Assembly: GCA_049325535.1 (NCBI GenBank)
Contig: JBMOKY010000001.1
Coordinates: forward strand, 422,611-486,610
DNA from: Patescibacteria group bacterium
GTDB lineage: Bacteria > Patescibacteriota > Patescibacteriia > UBA10025 > JAHIVO01
Length of the DNA: 64,000 bases
Direction of reading: 5' to 3'
Positions 27,107 to 36,674 of this stretch are shown one piece after another. Numbering within the stretch: the first letter of the stretch is position 1; each line of letters opens with the position of its first letter. The position numbers were made by a program, and so were the translations under genes. A model generated the notes under the pieces. The model was not told where the DNA came from. It was given only the letters and a program-made list of their open reading frames with translations, and ran no database searches.

Positions 27107-28922
27107 CATGAAGCACATCAGAAATTTCTGCATCATCGCCCATATCGACCACGGCAAATCAACGCTCGCTGACCGGTTGCTTGAAATCACCCATACGGTG
27201 GAACGGCGGGATATGAAAGATCAAATGCTGGATCAGATGGAGCTCGAGCGCGAACGTGGTATCACTATAAAACTTCAACCGGTCCGTATGGAACACCGCG
27301 GGTATATTCTGAATCTGATTGATACTCCCGGACATGTCGATTTCACGTATGAGGTATCCCGGTCATTAGCCGCTGTGGAAGGCGCCATTTTGCTGGTTGA
27401 TGCAACCCAGGGTATCGAAGCGCAGACGCTGGCCAATCTGTATTTAGCTATGGAACAGAATCTGACGATCATCCCGGTGATCAATAAAATAGATTTACCA
27501 AACGCGAATGTGGAGCAGGTGACTGCCGACGTCATTACATTGCTTGGTTGCGCTGCTGAGGACGTCATCGCTGTTTCTGCCAAAACGGGACAGAATGTCG
27601 AAGCGATTTTGGAGGCAGTGGTTGATCGAGTGCCAGCACCCACCGGAGACATCGGTGCGCCTATGCAGATGCTCATATTTGATTCATTTTATGATGAGTA
27701 TCGTGGCGTGGTAGTGTATGGTCGGCTGTTCAATGGGTCTATCAAAAAAGGAGACACGGTGCGAATGATGGCCACCCAGGTGGCTTCGGTAGCTGAGGAC
27801 ATCGGTATTTTCAAACCGAAGCTGTCACCTCGCCCGTCACTGCAGGCAGGCGAGATCGGATATATCGTCACCGGTCTGAAGGATGTCCAGCATAGTCGCG
27901 TCGGCGATACGGTGACGCTCGAGTCCAGACCGGCAGCGGAGGCTGTCCCTGGATATCGCATACTCAAACCTATGGTATTTGCTGGCATATATAGCAAAGA
28001 GGGGGATGCATATGAGGAGCTTCGTGAGGCCATCAGCCGCATCGCTCTGACTGACGCTTCGCTGGCTTATGAACCGGATCATTCTGAAGCGCTCGGGTTT
28101 GGCTTCCGCTGTGGATTCCTGGGCATGCTCCACCTCGAGATTTTCCAGGAGCGTATTCACAGGGAGTATGACGTCGATATCGTGGTTACCGCACCCAGCG
28201 TGGCGTATCACGTCACCCTGTCCGAAGCTGGGATGCACGCCATGCGACGGCGCGATAAACGTTTTCAGGAACAGACGATCGTGGTGACCAATCCCCATGA
28301 ACTACCGGAACCGCCGCACATTGATCGTATCGAAGAGCCGTGGATGACCGTAGACATCGTTTCGCCCAGTGAATACATAGGCAGTATCATGACGATGGTC
28401 CACGATGAGCGGGGGGTGTATCGTACGACGGAGTACCTGGATGCGCAAAAAGCGATACTACACTATGAGGTGCCATTGGCTAGTCTGCTGGTGGAATTTT
28501 ATGATACACTGAAGAGCATCAGTGCCGGATATGCTTCGTTAAATTATGATTTTCTGTCATATCGCCCCTGTGTGGTTCAGCGCATGGACATCGTAGTCGC
28601 CGATGATCCAGTCGAGGCTTTGGCTACGATTGTCTATCAGGACGACGCCTATCGTATCGGTCGGACCGTTGTGGATAATCTGAAAGAAGTTCTGCCTCGG
28701 CAAATGTTTGAGGTAAAGATCCAGGCGGCTATCGGGGGAAAAGTTATCGCCGCCAGCCGATTGCCCGCCATGCGCAAAGACGTCACGGCAAAACTATACG
28801 GAGGAGATGTCACCCGCAAACGGAAATTGCTGGAAAAGCAAAAGAAGGGCAAACGGCGGATGCGTGCCATGGGCAAAGTCGATATTCCGCCGGAAGCGTA
28901 TCGGGCTGTGCTAAAACGCTGA
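27081..28922 (+). CDS. lepA: elongation factor 4 (LepA); true start probably ATG 27099 or 27108
   Basis: IRNFCIIAHIDHGKSTLADRLL G1 motif, DTPGHVDF, NKIDL, and LepA-specific C-terminal domain. Confidence 0.9.
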   Translation: MERLLPMTSMKHIRNFCIIAHIDHGKSTLADRLLEITHTVERRDMKDQMLDQMELERERGITIKLQPVRMEHRGYILNLIDTPGHVDFTYEVSRSLAAVEGAILLVDATQGIEAQTLANLYLAMEQNLTIIPVINKIDLPNANVEQVTADVITLLGCAAEDVIAVSAKTGQNVEAILEAVVDRVPAPTGDIGAPMQMLIFDSFYDEYRGVVVYGRLFNGSIKKGDTVRMMATQVASVAEDIGIFKPKLSPRPSLQAGEIGYIVTGLKDVQHSRVGDTVTLESRPAAEAVPGYRILKPMVFAGIYSKEGDAYEELREAISRIALTDASLAYEPDHSEALGFGFRCGFLGMLHLEIFQERIHREYDVDIVVTAPSVAYHVTLSEAGMHAMRRRDKRFQEQTIVVTNPHELPEPPHIDRIEEPWMTVDIVSPSEYIGSIMTMVHDERGVYRTTEYLDAQKAILHYEVPLASLLVEFYDTLKSISAGYASLNYDFLSYRPCVVQRMDIVVADDPVEALATIVYQDDAYRIGRTVVDNLKEVLPRQMFEVKIQAAIGGKVIAASRLPAMRKDVTAKLYGGDVTRKRKLLEKQKKGKRRMRAMGKVDIPPEAYRAVLKR

Positions 28923-29038
28923 AGTTCCAGTAAACGCTGGGAGCACCGAAAAAAACACCATGCTGAGAACTCCAAAAATGACGATGATGAGCCAGATGAC
29001 CCGGATTGTTTTCTTGCGTATCATATTAAGAATATCCT

Positions 29039-29572
29039 ATGTTTGAACGACGGATTCAAAAAATGCTTAAGGCCGAGGAAGTGGTCGTGCTCATAGTCCG
29101 TAAATATCCGCTGGTGTTTTTTGGTTCTACAGTCATGGCCGCGGTATTCATTATAGCACCTTTTTTCTTTATGGTGCCACTGCTGCGCTGGGGATTGCCG
29201 GGAGTGGTCATATTTGGCACGGGGCTGGGAATTGGGCTGGTACTTGCATTGCGGGTAGTGTATCTGTACACATTTAATGCGTTTATTATCACTGAGGACC
29301 GTATCATAGATTTGGATCAGCGGGGATTTTTTGATCGGACGGTCTCGGAGACTACTTATGATAAAATCCAGGATGTCAGCGTCCGGATCAAAGGCATGTG
29401 CCAAACGATCCTGCACTACGGCAGCGTCATCATACAAACGGCCGGCAGTCAGGCTAATATTGAATTGCACGGGGTCAAGGATCCAGAGCAGGTGCAGCAG
29501 AGCATCATTACCGTGCAGCGGGAATTACGAACCGCGCCATCGGAAACTGATAATAATAGTGATGAACCCTAA
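29039..29572 (+). CDS. bacterial PH-domain (bPH_2/YdbS-like) membrane protein
   Basis: Two TM helices followed by PH-like region; 177 aa. Confidence 0.5.
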   Translation: MFERRIQKMLKAEEVVVLIVRKYPLVFFGSTVMAAVFIIAPFFFMVPLLRWGLPGVVIFGTGLGIGLVLALRVVYLYTFNAFIITEDRIIDLDQRGFFDRTVSETTYDKIQDVSVRIKGMCQTILHYGSVIIQTAGSQANIELHGVKDPEQVQQSIITVQRELRTAPSETDNNSDEP

Positions 29573-29577
29573 TCGCC

Positions 29578-30345
29578 ATGCTCTACCTGTTTAATCGCTT
29601 TTTACCGTATTTTAGCTCAATTCTTTTGGGCTCGACGTTTGCTATCTGGACATTCCATCCGGAGTGGATTGTCTGGGTTGGCGTGGTCGTTTTCTGTATC
29701 ATCGTACTTTCCGTGTGGTCGCTCACCAGTGAATCGGGCTTGCGTCATACTTTTTGGCAGTTTGTTTGGACGCCACTGGTGTTTATTGGTAGTGGTTTCT
29801 TTTTTTATCTATTTATTGATGATCCGTTGGTACGATGGTTTTTTATCGGTGGTCTACTGACTGTATATATGCTGATATTGAAAAATATTTTTTCTTTTAT
29901 CCACCACGCTGAGCAGTACCAGCCATATGCGCTGGAAAATATTTATGGCTATGTCAATATGCTCTCGCTTTTTTTATTTACCGCGAGTGCGTACGGCGCG
30001 AGCGTGCTGCTTGGTTGGACTTTTTGGCCACTGGCGCTGGCAATTGGTGTGCTTGCTTCTTTCCTGTATATGCGGACACTGTGGTCGCATAAAATTCCCT
30101 GGGAGCACGGGAAACTGTTTATCATGGTACTTGGCATTGTGACGGCGGAAATGGCTTATATCGTCAGCCTACTTCCCACCGCTTTTGTGGTGAATGCGCT
30201 ACTGCTGGTATCGGTGTATTATGTACTGATGAATACCACTAAGGATTACCTCAAAGCTACCCTCAATCCGCGGTCTGTCCGCACGTATGTGCTGATTAGT
30301 GCCGCGACGGTAGTGATAGCGTTATTAACAACTAAATGGATCTAG
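29578..30345 (+). CDS. polytopic membrane protein, function unknown
   Basis: ~8 TM helices, no recognisable motif; 255 aa. Confidence 0.4.
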   Translation: MLYLFNRFLPYFSSILLGSTFAIWTFHPEWIVWVGVVVFCIIVLSVWSLTSESGLRHTFWQFVWTPLVFIGSGFFFYLFIDDPLVRWFFIGGLLTVYMLILKNIFSFIHHAEQYQPYALENIYGYVNMLSLFLFTASAYGASVLLGWTFWPLALAIGVLASFLYMRTLWSHKIPWEHGKLFIMVLGIVTAEMAYIVSLLPTAFVVNALLLVSVYYVLMNTTKDYLKATLNPRSVRTYVLISAATVVIALLTTKWI

Positions 30346-31592
30346 ACATGAAACCAAAAATTACCCCGACATCGCCCAAAGTACAGACTGACGATACAGA
30401 TCAGATAGAAAAATTATACGATGGTACTCTAAAAACCATAGACAAACCGCAGTCCAAGGCGCGTTTTTCAATCAGTTGGTTGCTTATCGTCATCATTATC
30501 GGGTTTTTTGCCGGCATCGTTGGTCAGCTGGCCCTGCTCTCATTCGGTGATCGGATTCCGTGGCTGGAAAAATTTGGCCTGACCAGTGGTTCTGAAACCT
30601 CGGTGATACTGACCTCTCGTAACAAAGATAGGATTTTGACCGCAGCACAGGTGGAATCAATTGCAGAGGATTTATCACAGAGCGTGGTCCGTTTTTACCC
30701 GCGTCACGATGAAACGACCGGGCTCGATGCGCAGTATCTCCCCAGTGAAAAGGTGGCGGAGGGGTTTGTGCTGACCGATGATGGATATGTGGCAATATTG
30801 GCTGACGCGCTGCCTGAAGGGGGGGATTATGTCGCCATCACTGACGATGGAGATATATATGCGGTTGAGCGCATCGTCCGCGATCCAGCCACGGTTTATG
30901 CTTTTGTCCAAATTGGAGCCACGGGTCTGACCACGGTAGGATTTTCCGACGCGGTAAATATTCGCAACACCGAGGAAATACTGGCCATCCAGTCGCTGCA
31001 CGATGGGGTACACCAGATAGCGCGTACACCCATTATTGCCACTGACTATTACCCGATGAATCAGTCGAACGATTTTGTTATGAGTTCAGAACAGTACGAT
31101 TCACTAGTCCTTTTTGGTCAGGATCTCGACCCTCGGTTTGTCGGGAGCGTTGCCTTCACGTTTGATAAAAAAGCACTCGGAATCATCACTCGGGTGGGGG
31201 GTGAGCATGTGATAGAGCCGTTTGAGCGGATCACAGAAGTCATGAGTGACGTATTTTCCGGCGCGGCAGTTGAGCGCCCGTATCTCGGCGTGCGCTATGT
31301 GGAACTCGATCAACTGCATGCACCGATCACCGATGCCATCCCGCTGGAGCAGCAGGGGAACTATATATACACCACTGAGGACGTCTCCGGGGTGGTAGCC
31401 GATAGTCCGGCTAGTGCCGCAGGTTTGCAGAATGGAGATATCATCACCGAGGTGGACGGTCAGCCTATCGGTGCACAATTGTCTATCGCTGATGTAGTAC
31501 TGGCGCATGCGGCTGGCGATACATTGACATTGACCATAGTCCGAAATGGAGAATCACAAAAAACAAATGTTACCCTGGCCACCCTTCCCTAA
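30336..31592 (+). CDS. membrane-anchored PDZ-domain protein (HtrA-like architecture, catalytic triad not recognisable)
   Basis: N-terminal TM; C-terminal PDZ (GLQNGDIITEVDGQPIGAQLSIADVVLAHAAGDTLTLTIVRNG); no GNSGGP-type serine motif. Confidence 0.5.
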   Translation: MDLDMKPKITPTSPKVQTDDTDQIEKLYDGTLKTIDKPQSKARFSISWLLIVIIIGFFAGIVGQLALLSFGDRIPWLEKFGLTSGSETSVILTSRNKDRILTAAQVESIAEDLSQSVVRFYPRHDETTGLDAQYLPSEKVAEGFVLTDDGYVAILADALPEGGDYVAITDDGDIYAVERIVRDPATVYAFVQIGATGLTTVGFSDAVNIRNTEEILAIQSLHDGVHQIARTPIIATDYYPMNQSNDFVMSSEQYDSLVLFGQDLDPRFVGSVAFTFDKKALGIITRVGGEHVIEPFERITEVMSDVFSGAAVERPYLGVRYVELDQLHAPITDAIPLEQQGNYIYTTEDVSGVVADSPASAAGLQNGDIITEVDGQPIGAQLSIADVVLAHAAGDTLTLTIVRNGESQKTNVTLATLP

Positions 31593-31593
31593 C

Positions 31594-33486
31594 ATGCGCG
31601 GCACATTGTGGATTTTTGGGATCAGCACCGCCTGCGCACTGGCTGGGGTCATAGCGATGACATCCGAGCCAGCCGCGGCAGTTGCATCCGAGTCTCGTAG
31701 TATTGTGGTGCAGCTTCGCGGTCGCGATACCGTGTCCGCTATACCGATCGGCAGTGCGGAAAACGTGGGAGCGCTCTTATCACGCCTGGCTGATGATCCG
31801 CGGATAGAGCATGCGCAGCTGAATCATGATTACCAGGCGGTTGCCACGCCCAATGACCCACTGCGCAGCTCTCAGACATATCTGCCCGTCATGCACGCGC
31901 AGCGGGCCTGGGACACCGCCACTGGTTCGAAATCAGTAACTGTGGCTATTCTGGATACTGGCATGGATATTGACCACCCTGATTTTTCCGGCAATCTTTG
32001 GACGAATACCGGTGAAATAGCGGCAAACGGCGTCGATGATGATCGAAATGGATATATCGATGATCGGAACGGCTGGAATATAGTTGATAATACGAGCGAT
32101 CCAAACCCCCAGTATGATGCCGGATGGACCGAATCGGGCATTCATCATGGTACCGCTATTGCCGGCGTCATCGGAGCGCGGGGTAATAACGCCCAGGGGA
32201 TCACTGGAATCAACTGGCGGGTGAACACGATGCCCGTACGCGTTCTGAAGAGCACTGGTGCGGGAAATACCCGGGATGTATACAATGGCATCCGCTATGC
32301 TATGCGCAATGGCGCCGATTTCATCAATCTGAGCTTTGTCGGCACCAATGAAGATGCGCTCCTGGCGCGGGTGATCAAGGAAGCAACCGAGGCGGGAATC
32401 ATCGTGTTTGCAGCGGCGGGCAATGATAATCTTAATTTAAACGTACATCCGCGCTATCCGGTATGTACCGCGTATGTTGTCGGTGTCGGGGGTACTGACC
32501 TCAATGATCGTCGGTTTACCGTCATGAACGGTTCGACGATAACGGGCGGTTCGAATTATGGAAGCAATTGCATTGATCTGGTCGCGCCAGCAAAAAATAT
32601 TTACACCACTGCTGTGTATGATCCACTCGTGTCACATCCGGTTTCAGGAGCTTTCCTCGATGAATATTATGGCGGGGGCTGGACTGGTACTTCATTAGCA
32701 AGCCCGATGGTGGCCGGGGCAGCTGCGCTGATAAAATCATATAATGCGTCTTTGACAGGCCTGCAGATTACCCAGTTGCTCAAACAGAGTGCGGTTAATA
32801 TCGACGGATTGAATCCAAGTGTGGCTGGCCACCTCGGTGCGGGGCGGGTCGATTTAGCTGCGCTGATGGCTACCCAGCTTCCCACGGCGCACGCACTCAT
32901 CACCGGTGCCGGGAATACCGGCGCGCCGCACGTACGTGTACTGAACACCTCCGGGACAGTTCAGTCCCAGTTTTTCGCGTATGCTTCGACTTTTCGTGGT
33001 GGGGTGTATGTAGCCTCAGGTGATGTGACTGGCGATGGCCAGCCGGATATCATCACCGGTGCCGGGAATACCGGCGCGCCGCACGTACGTGTACTGAACG
33101 CCTCCGGGACAGTTCAGTCCCAGTTTTTCGCGTATGCTTCGACTTTTCGTGGTGGGGTGTATGTAGCCTCAGGTGATGTGGACGGTGACGGCATCGATGA
33201 GATTATTACCGGCGCTGGTGTGGGTGGCGGACCTCACGTGCGCATCTTTGACTACCACGGCACGGTCAAAGACCAATTCTTTGCCTACGCCACGGAATTT
33301 CGTGGTGGGGTACAGGTAGCCGCAGGTGATGTGGACGGTGACGGCATCGATGAGATTATTACCGGCGCTGGGAACACTGGGGCACCGCACGTACGTATTC
33401 TGACGGCTTCCGGTGCCGTACAGTCTCAGTTTTTTGCTTATACGTCCACATTTCGTGGAGGTGTACATGTAGCAGTAATGCAATAG
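31594..33486 (+). CDS. secreted subtilisin-like (S8) serine peptidase with C-terminal FG-GAP repeats
   Basis: Catalytic D (VAILDTGMDIDHPDF), H (HGTAIAGVIG), S (GTSLASPMVAGAAALI); signal peptide MRGTLWIFGISTACALAGVIA; ~3.8 FG-GAP repeats (GDVDGDGIDEIITGAG). Confidence 0.8.
   Translation: MRGTLWIFGISTACALAGVIAMTSEPAAAVASESRSIVVQLRGRDTVSAIPIGSAENVGALLSRLADDPRIEHAQLNHDYQAVATPNDPLRSSQTYLPVMHAQRAWDTATGSKSVTVAILDTGMDIDHPDFSGNLWTNTGEIAANGVDDDRNGYIDDRNGWNIVDNTSDPNPQYDAGWTESGIHHGTAIAGVIGARGNNAQGITGINWRVNTMPVRVLKSTGAGNTRDVYNGIRYAMRNGADFINLSFVGTNEDALLARVIKEATEAGIIVFAAAGNDNLNLNVHPRYPVCTAYVVGVGGTDLNDRRFTVMNGSTITGGSNYGSNCIDLVAPAKNIYTTAVYDPLVSHPVSGAFLDEYYGGGWTGTSLASPMVAGAAALIKSYNASLTGLQITQLLKQSAVNIDGLNPSVAGHLGAGRVDLAALMATQLPTAHALITGAGNTGAPHVRVLNTSGTVQSQFFAYASTFRGGVYVASGDVTGDGQPDIITGAGNTGAPHVRVLNASGTVQSQFFAYASTFRGGVYVASGDVDGDGIDEIITGAGVGGGPHVRIFDYHGTVKDQFFAYATEFRGGVQVAAGDVDGDGIDEIITGAGNTGAPHVRILTASGAVQSQFFAYTSTFRGGVHVAVMQ
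32899..33483 (+). repeat. 153-bp tandem repeat (~3.8 copies) encoding the FG-GAP units; copies 1 and 2 nearly identical
   Basis: 32899-33051 vs 33052-33204 differ at only a few positions; copies 3-4 more diverged; last unit truncated by the stop codon. Confidence 0.7.
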
Positions 33487-33490
33487 GTAT

Positions 33491-33931
33491 ATGTGGAACC
33501 GCTTACATCCAATCATCCAGCAGCGACCGGGAATTTTTCAATTTGCAAAATTTGCAGTGGTTGGCGTAGTTGGCACGTGCGTTGATTTCGGTGTGTACGC
33601 GCTGCTGACACGCGTTTTCGGATTGTATTATATTGCCGCCACAGCTATCAGTGTATTGCTGGCTATCGTCAATAACTTTCTTCTGAATAAACACTGGACA
33701 TTTGACAAAGGTGATAGTGGAAATGCACGATCAGAATCGGGAAAGTTTTTTGTAGTGAGTGTGATCAATTATTTTTTGAATCTCGGCATTGTGTATTTCA
33801 TCGTCGAGCACACGGCAGCACATCAGTTATTTGGCGCTAACGATGATCTATTTGCCAAGATGGTTGCTATCGGTATTGTTTTGTTTAGTAATTTTTTTGG
33901 CAATAAATACTGGACATTTCGCGATGCCTAG
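33491..33931 (+). CDS. GtrA family membrane protein (polyprenol-phosphate-sugar flippase accessory)
   Basis: 146 aa, 4 TM, GtrA-like N-terminus FAKFAVVGVVGTCVDFGVYALL. Confidence 0.7.
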   Translation: MWNRLHPIIQQRPGIFQFAKFAVVGVVGTCVDFGVYALLTRVFGLYYIAATAISVLLAIVNNFLLNKHWTFDKGDSGNARSESGKFFVVSVINYFLNLGIVYFIVEHTAAHQLFGANDDLFAKMVAIGIVLFSNFFGNKYWTFRDA

Positions 33932-33960
33932 GGGTCGCAGAAACCCCATCATTCCATAAC

Positions 33961-33989
33961 TTGCCAAAATGAGCTTTTTTCGTTATAAT
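33961..33989 (+). promoter_or_regulatory. sigma70-like promoter, TTGCCA-17 nt-TATAAT; predicts a ~5-nt leader (leaderless-type) for the GT2 gene
   Basis: Perfect -10, 17-nt spacer; -10 ends 11 nt before ATG 34001. Confidence 0.45.
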
Positions 33990-34000
33990 AATTTTTGAAT

Positions 34001-34711
34001 ATGCTCTTATCAATTATTGTTCCGGCATACAACGAAGAGAAGCGAATAGGCGAAATGTTAGCCACGTACTGGGATTACTTCAAATCGCAGGACGTTGAAT
34101 TTGTCATCGTGGTTAATGGCTCTACAGATAATACCATTGGCATAACGACTGCATTTGCTGCCGCCCATCCCGAGCGGGTACAGCAATATGACATCAAGGA
34201 AAAAATTGGCAAGGGTGGGGCGCTCCATCTGGGGTATCGTCAGGCGCGGGGCGAGTGGATTGGCTTTGTCGATGCTGACCTTGCTACGGTACCGGGTGAA
34301 TTTCAGAAGGTTATATCTGTCGCTCTGGAACATGATGGCGCCATCGCATCGCGCTGGAAGCGAGGCTCGGAAATAGTCAACCGCAGTATTATGCGCAATA
34401 TCGCCAGTATGGGATTTCGGGTGATGGTGAAGCTGCTTTTCTGGTTCCCGTATGCCGATACCCAGTGTGGCGCAAAAGTATTTCGGCGGGAGGCGATTGT
34501 CTCAGTGGTTCCCCATTTGCGCGTCCAAAATATGGCCACTGACGTTGAGACACTGCATTTCCTGCGTCGGAAGGGTTACGATATCGTTGAAGTGCCGACA
34601 CGCTGGATTCACCGAAGCGGATCTGCTTTTCTCGGATCGCCGGCAAAATTTTTTTTCAGCGCGTTGCGCATCGTAGGCACACTTTTATCAATTCGTTTAC
34701 GTTATCAATAG
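34001..34711 (+). CDS. GT2 family polyprenol-phosphate glycosyltransferase (DPM1/GtrB-like, soluble form)
   Basis: IIVPAYNEE and VNGSTDNT (DXD-containing GT-A) motifs; ORF-track 33995 begins at TTG. Confidence 0.75.
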   Translation: MLLSIIVPAYNEEKRIGEMLATYWDYFKSQDVEFVIVVNGSTDNTIGITTAFAAAHPERVQQYDIKEKIGKGGALHLGYRQARGEWIGFVDADLATVPGEFQKVISVALEHDGAIASRWKRGSEIVNRSIMRNIASMGFRVMVKLLFWFPYADTQCGAKVFRREAIVSVVPHLRVQNMATDVETLHFLRRKGYDIVEVPTRWIHRSGSAFLGSPAKFFFSALRIVGTLLSIRLRYQ

Positions 34712-34712
34712 T

Positions 34713-35753
34713 ATGACAGCACAAATGAGTGAATCGGAACGAGCCAATATACTCATCATCGGAGGAGCCGGTTTTATCGGATCACACCTCTGTGATGAAT
34801 TAGTCAAAACCTACAATGTCATTTGTATGGATGATTTTTCCACCGGCAGAGTGGAAAATATAAATCATTTACTGCAAGACCCGCATTTTGAATTTTTGAA
34901 GCATGACATCAGCGTCCCCATCAATTTAGTAGAGGCTCATGAATTGGATAAATTTAAGGTGCGTTTCCGCGGAGTGCAGGAGATATACTATTTGGCTTCT
35001 CCGACCGCACCAAAACGATTTAATGAACATCGTATCCAGACGCTGAAGGCGCATAGCCTGGGTGTGGTCAATGCTTTGGAACTAGCGCGGACATATCGAG
35101 CTAAATTTCTGTTTGTATCCTCATCGGTCGTGTATGGCCCGCGTTTTGCCAATGCGCCGCTATACACTGAGGGGTATCTGGGATATGTCAATCCTATCAG
35201 CCCACGCGCTTGCTACGATGAGGGTAAACGATTCGGAGAGAGTGCGGTGACTACGTATCGTGAGGTCTATAATTTGGACACGAAAATCATCCGTGTATTT
35301 CGCACCTACGGACCGCGATTAGCACTTTTTGACGGTCATATGGTGCCTGATTTCGTGTTGCAGGCACTAAACAATAAACCGATGGTACTCTATGGTGACG
35401 AGTCATTTACCACGTCACTGTGTTATGTTTCAGATATTGTCGAAGCGATGATCAAGATGATGCAGTCTCATGAATCCGGGCCGATTAATGTCGGGCACTA
35501 TGAGGAGCACAAGATGACAGATATCGCTCAGATGATTAAGACCATGACCAATTCCCAGTCACGCATCGTGTTTAAACCATCGCTGCTGTTTATGACCCCG
35601 TTGGGATTGCCGGACATTACGCTGGCAAAAGAAAAGCTAGGGTGGTATCCATTGGTGACACTTCAGGATGGATTGCAGCGGACGATCGAATACGTCAAAG
35701 CTAATCAGAATATACTTCAGCCCTTGGTCGGAACGTATGATGAAGAGGAATAA
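34713..35753 (+). CDS. SDR family NAD-dependent sugar epimerase/dehydratase, UDP-glucuronate decarboxylase (UXS)-like
   Basis: GGAGFIGSH Rossmann motif, extended SDR architecture; 346 aa. Confidence 0.65.
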   Translation: MTAQMSESERANILIIGGAGFIGSHLCDELVKTYNVICMDDFSTGRVENINHLLQDPHFEFLKHDISVPINLVEAHELDKFKVRFRGVQEIYYLASPTAPKRFNEHRIQTLKAHSLGVVNALELARTYRAKFLFVSSSVVYGPRFANAPLYTEGYLGYVNPISPRACYDEGKRFGESAVTTYREVYNLDTKIIRVFRTYGPRLALFDGHMVPDFVLQALNNKPMVLYGDESFTTSLCYVSDIVEAMIKMMQSHESGPINVGHYEEHKMTDIAQMIKTMTNSQSRIVFKPSLLFMTPLGLPDITLAKEKLGWYPLVTLQDGLQRTIEYVKANQNILQPLVGTYDEEE

Positions 35754-35759
35754 GCTATC

Positions 35760-36656
35760 ATGAGTACAATTTTGGTAACTGGCGGAGCAGGATTTATCGG
35801 CTCTCATCTGGTTGACGCACTGGTTAAGCGAAAGCATCGGGTAGTCGTCGTGGACGACCTCAGCGTCGGTAAACGATCCCACGTACATCCTCAGGCTCGT
35901 TTTATAAAATATTCAGTCGCTGGTCAGGCGTTGGCGCGAATGCTGCGCCCCTATCGATTCTCGCATGTGTATCATCTCGCGGCTCAGAAAAATCTTCAGG
36001 TTTCAAAACGCTTTCCGGTAGCCGATGCCACGACTAATATTATCGGCACGTTGCAATGCATTCAGATTGCTGCTCAGAGCCGTGCCAAGCTGATTTTTTA
36101 TTCGACTGCGGCGGTCTACGATCCCAGTGCATCACCCCCCAGTCGGGAGTCGGAATGCGCCGCGCCGGTCACTCCCTATGGCATCGCCAAGTACGCAGCT
36201 GAATTGTATATCCGTCAGAGTGGCCTGCGGTATAGTATCCTCCGATTATCGAATGTGTACGGACCGCGCCAGGATGCCTACGGGGAAGGCGGGGTAGTCG
36301 CTATATTTTCTGACCGGCTGGCACGCGGCAAAATCTGTACGATTTTCAATACCGGCCGCCAGACGAGAGATTTCGTATATGTGACCGACGTGGTGTCCGC
36401 TTCGCTTATGGCTTTATCTCGCGGTACCAATCAGGTGGTGAACATCAGCACGGGAATTGAAACAACGGTTTTAAGGCTGTATCGGGCACTTGAGAAGATT
36501 AGCGGTCGCAATCAGCCGGTACGCCGCGGACAGGTTGTCGAACAGTACCGCAGCGCATTGGGTAATATTCGCGCCCGCACCATCCTGAAGTGGCGCCCAC
36601 GCATAACGATGGAGCAGGGTCTCCGGACAACGTATCAGTGGTTTATTACAAAATAA
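35760..36656 (+). CDS. SDR family NAD-dependent nucleotide-sugar epimerase
   Basis: TGGAGFIGSHLVDAL, YxxxK catalytic pair (YGIAKYAAE); 298 aa. Confidence 0.7.
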   Translation: MSTILVTGGAGFIGSHLVDALVKRKHRVVVVDDLSVGKRSHVHPQARFIKYSVAGQALARMLRPYRFSHVYHLAAQKNLQVSKRFPVADATTNIIGTLQCIQIAAQSRAKLIFYSTAAVYDPSASPPSRESECAAPVTPYGIAKYAAELYIRQSGLRYSILRLSNVYGPRQDAYGEGGVVAIFSDRLARGKICTIFNTGRQTRDFVYVTDVVSASLMALSRGTNQVVNISTGIETTVLRLYRALEKISGRNQPVRRGQVVEQYRSALGNIRARTILKWRPRITMEQGLRTTYQWFITK

Positions 36657-36674
36657 CGATTAATAAAATAAACT

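Noticed and set aside
28912-29025. Minus-strand 37-aa hydrophobic peptide ORF (MIRKKTIRVIWLIIVIFGVLSMVFFSVLPAFTGTSAF) overlapping the lepA 3' end
   Set aside because: It has no SD and overlaps the lepA stop. Translation is plausible for a membrane micro-protein but it has no support beyond hydrophobicity.
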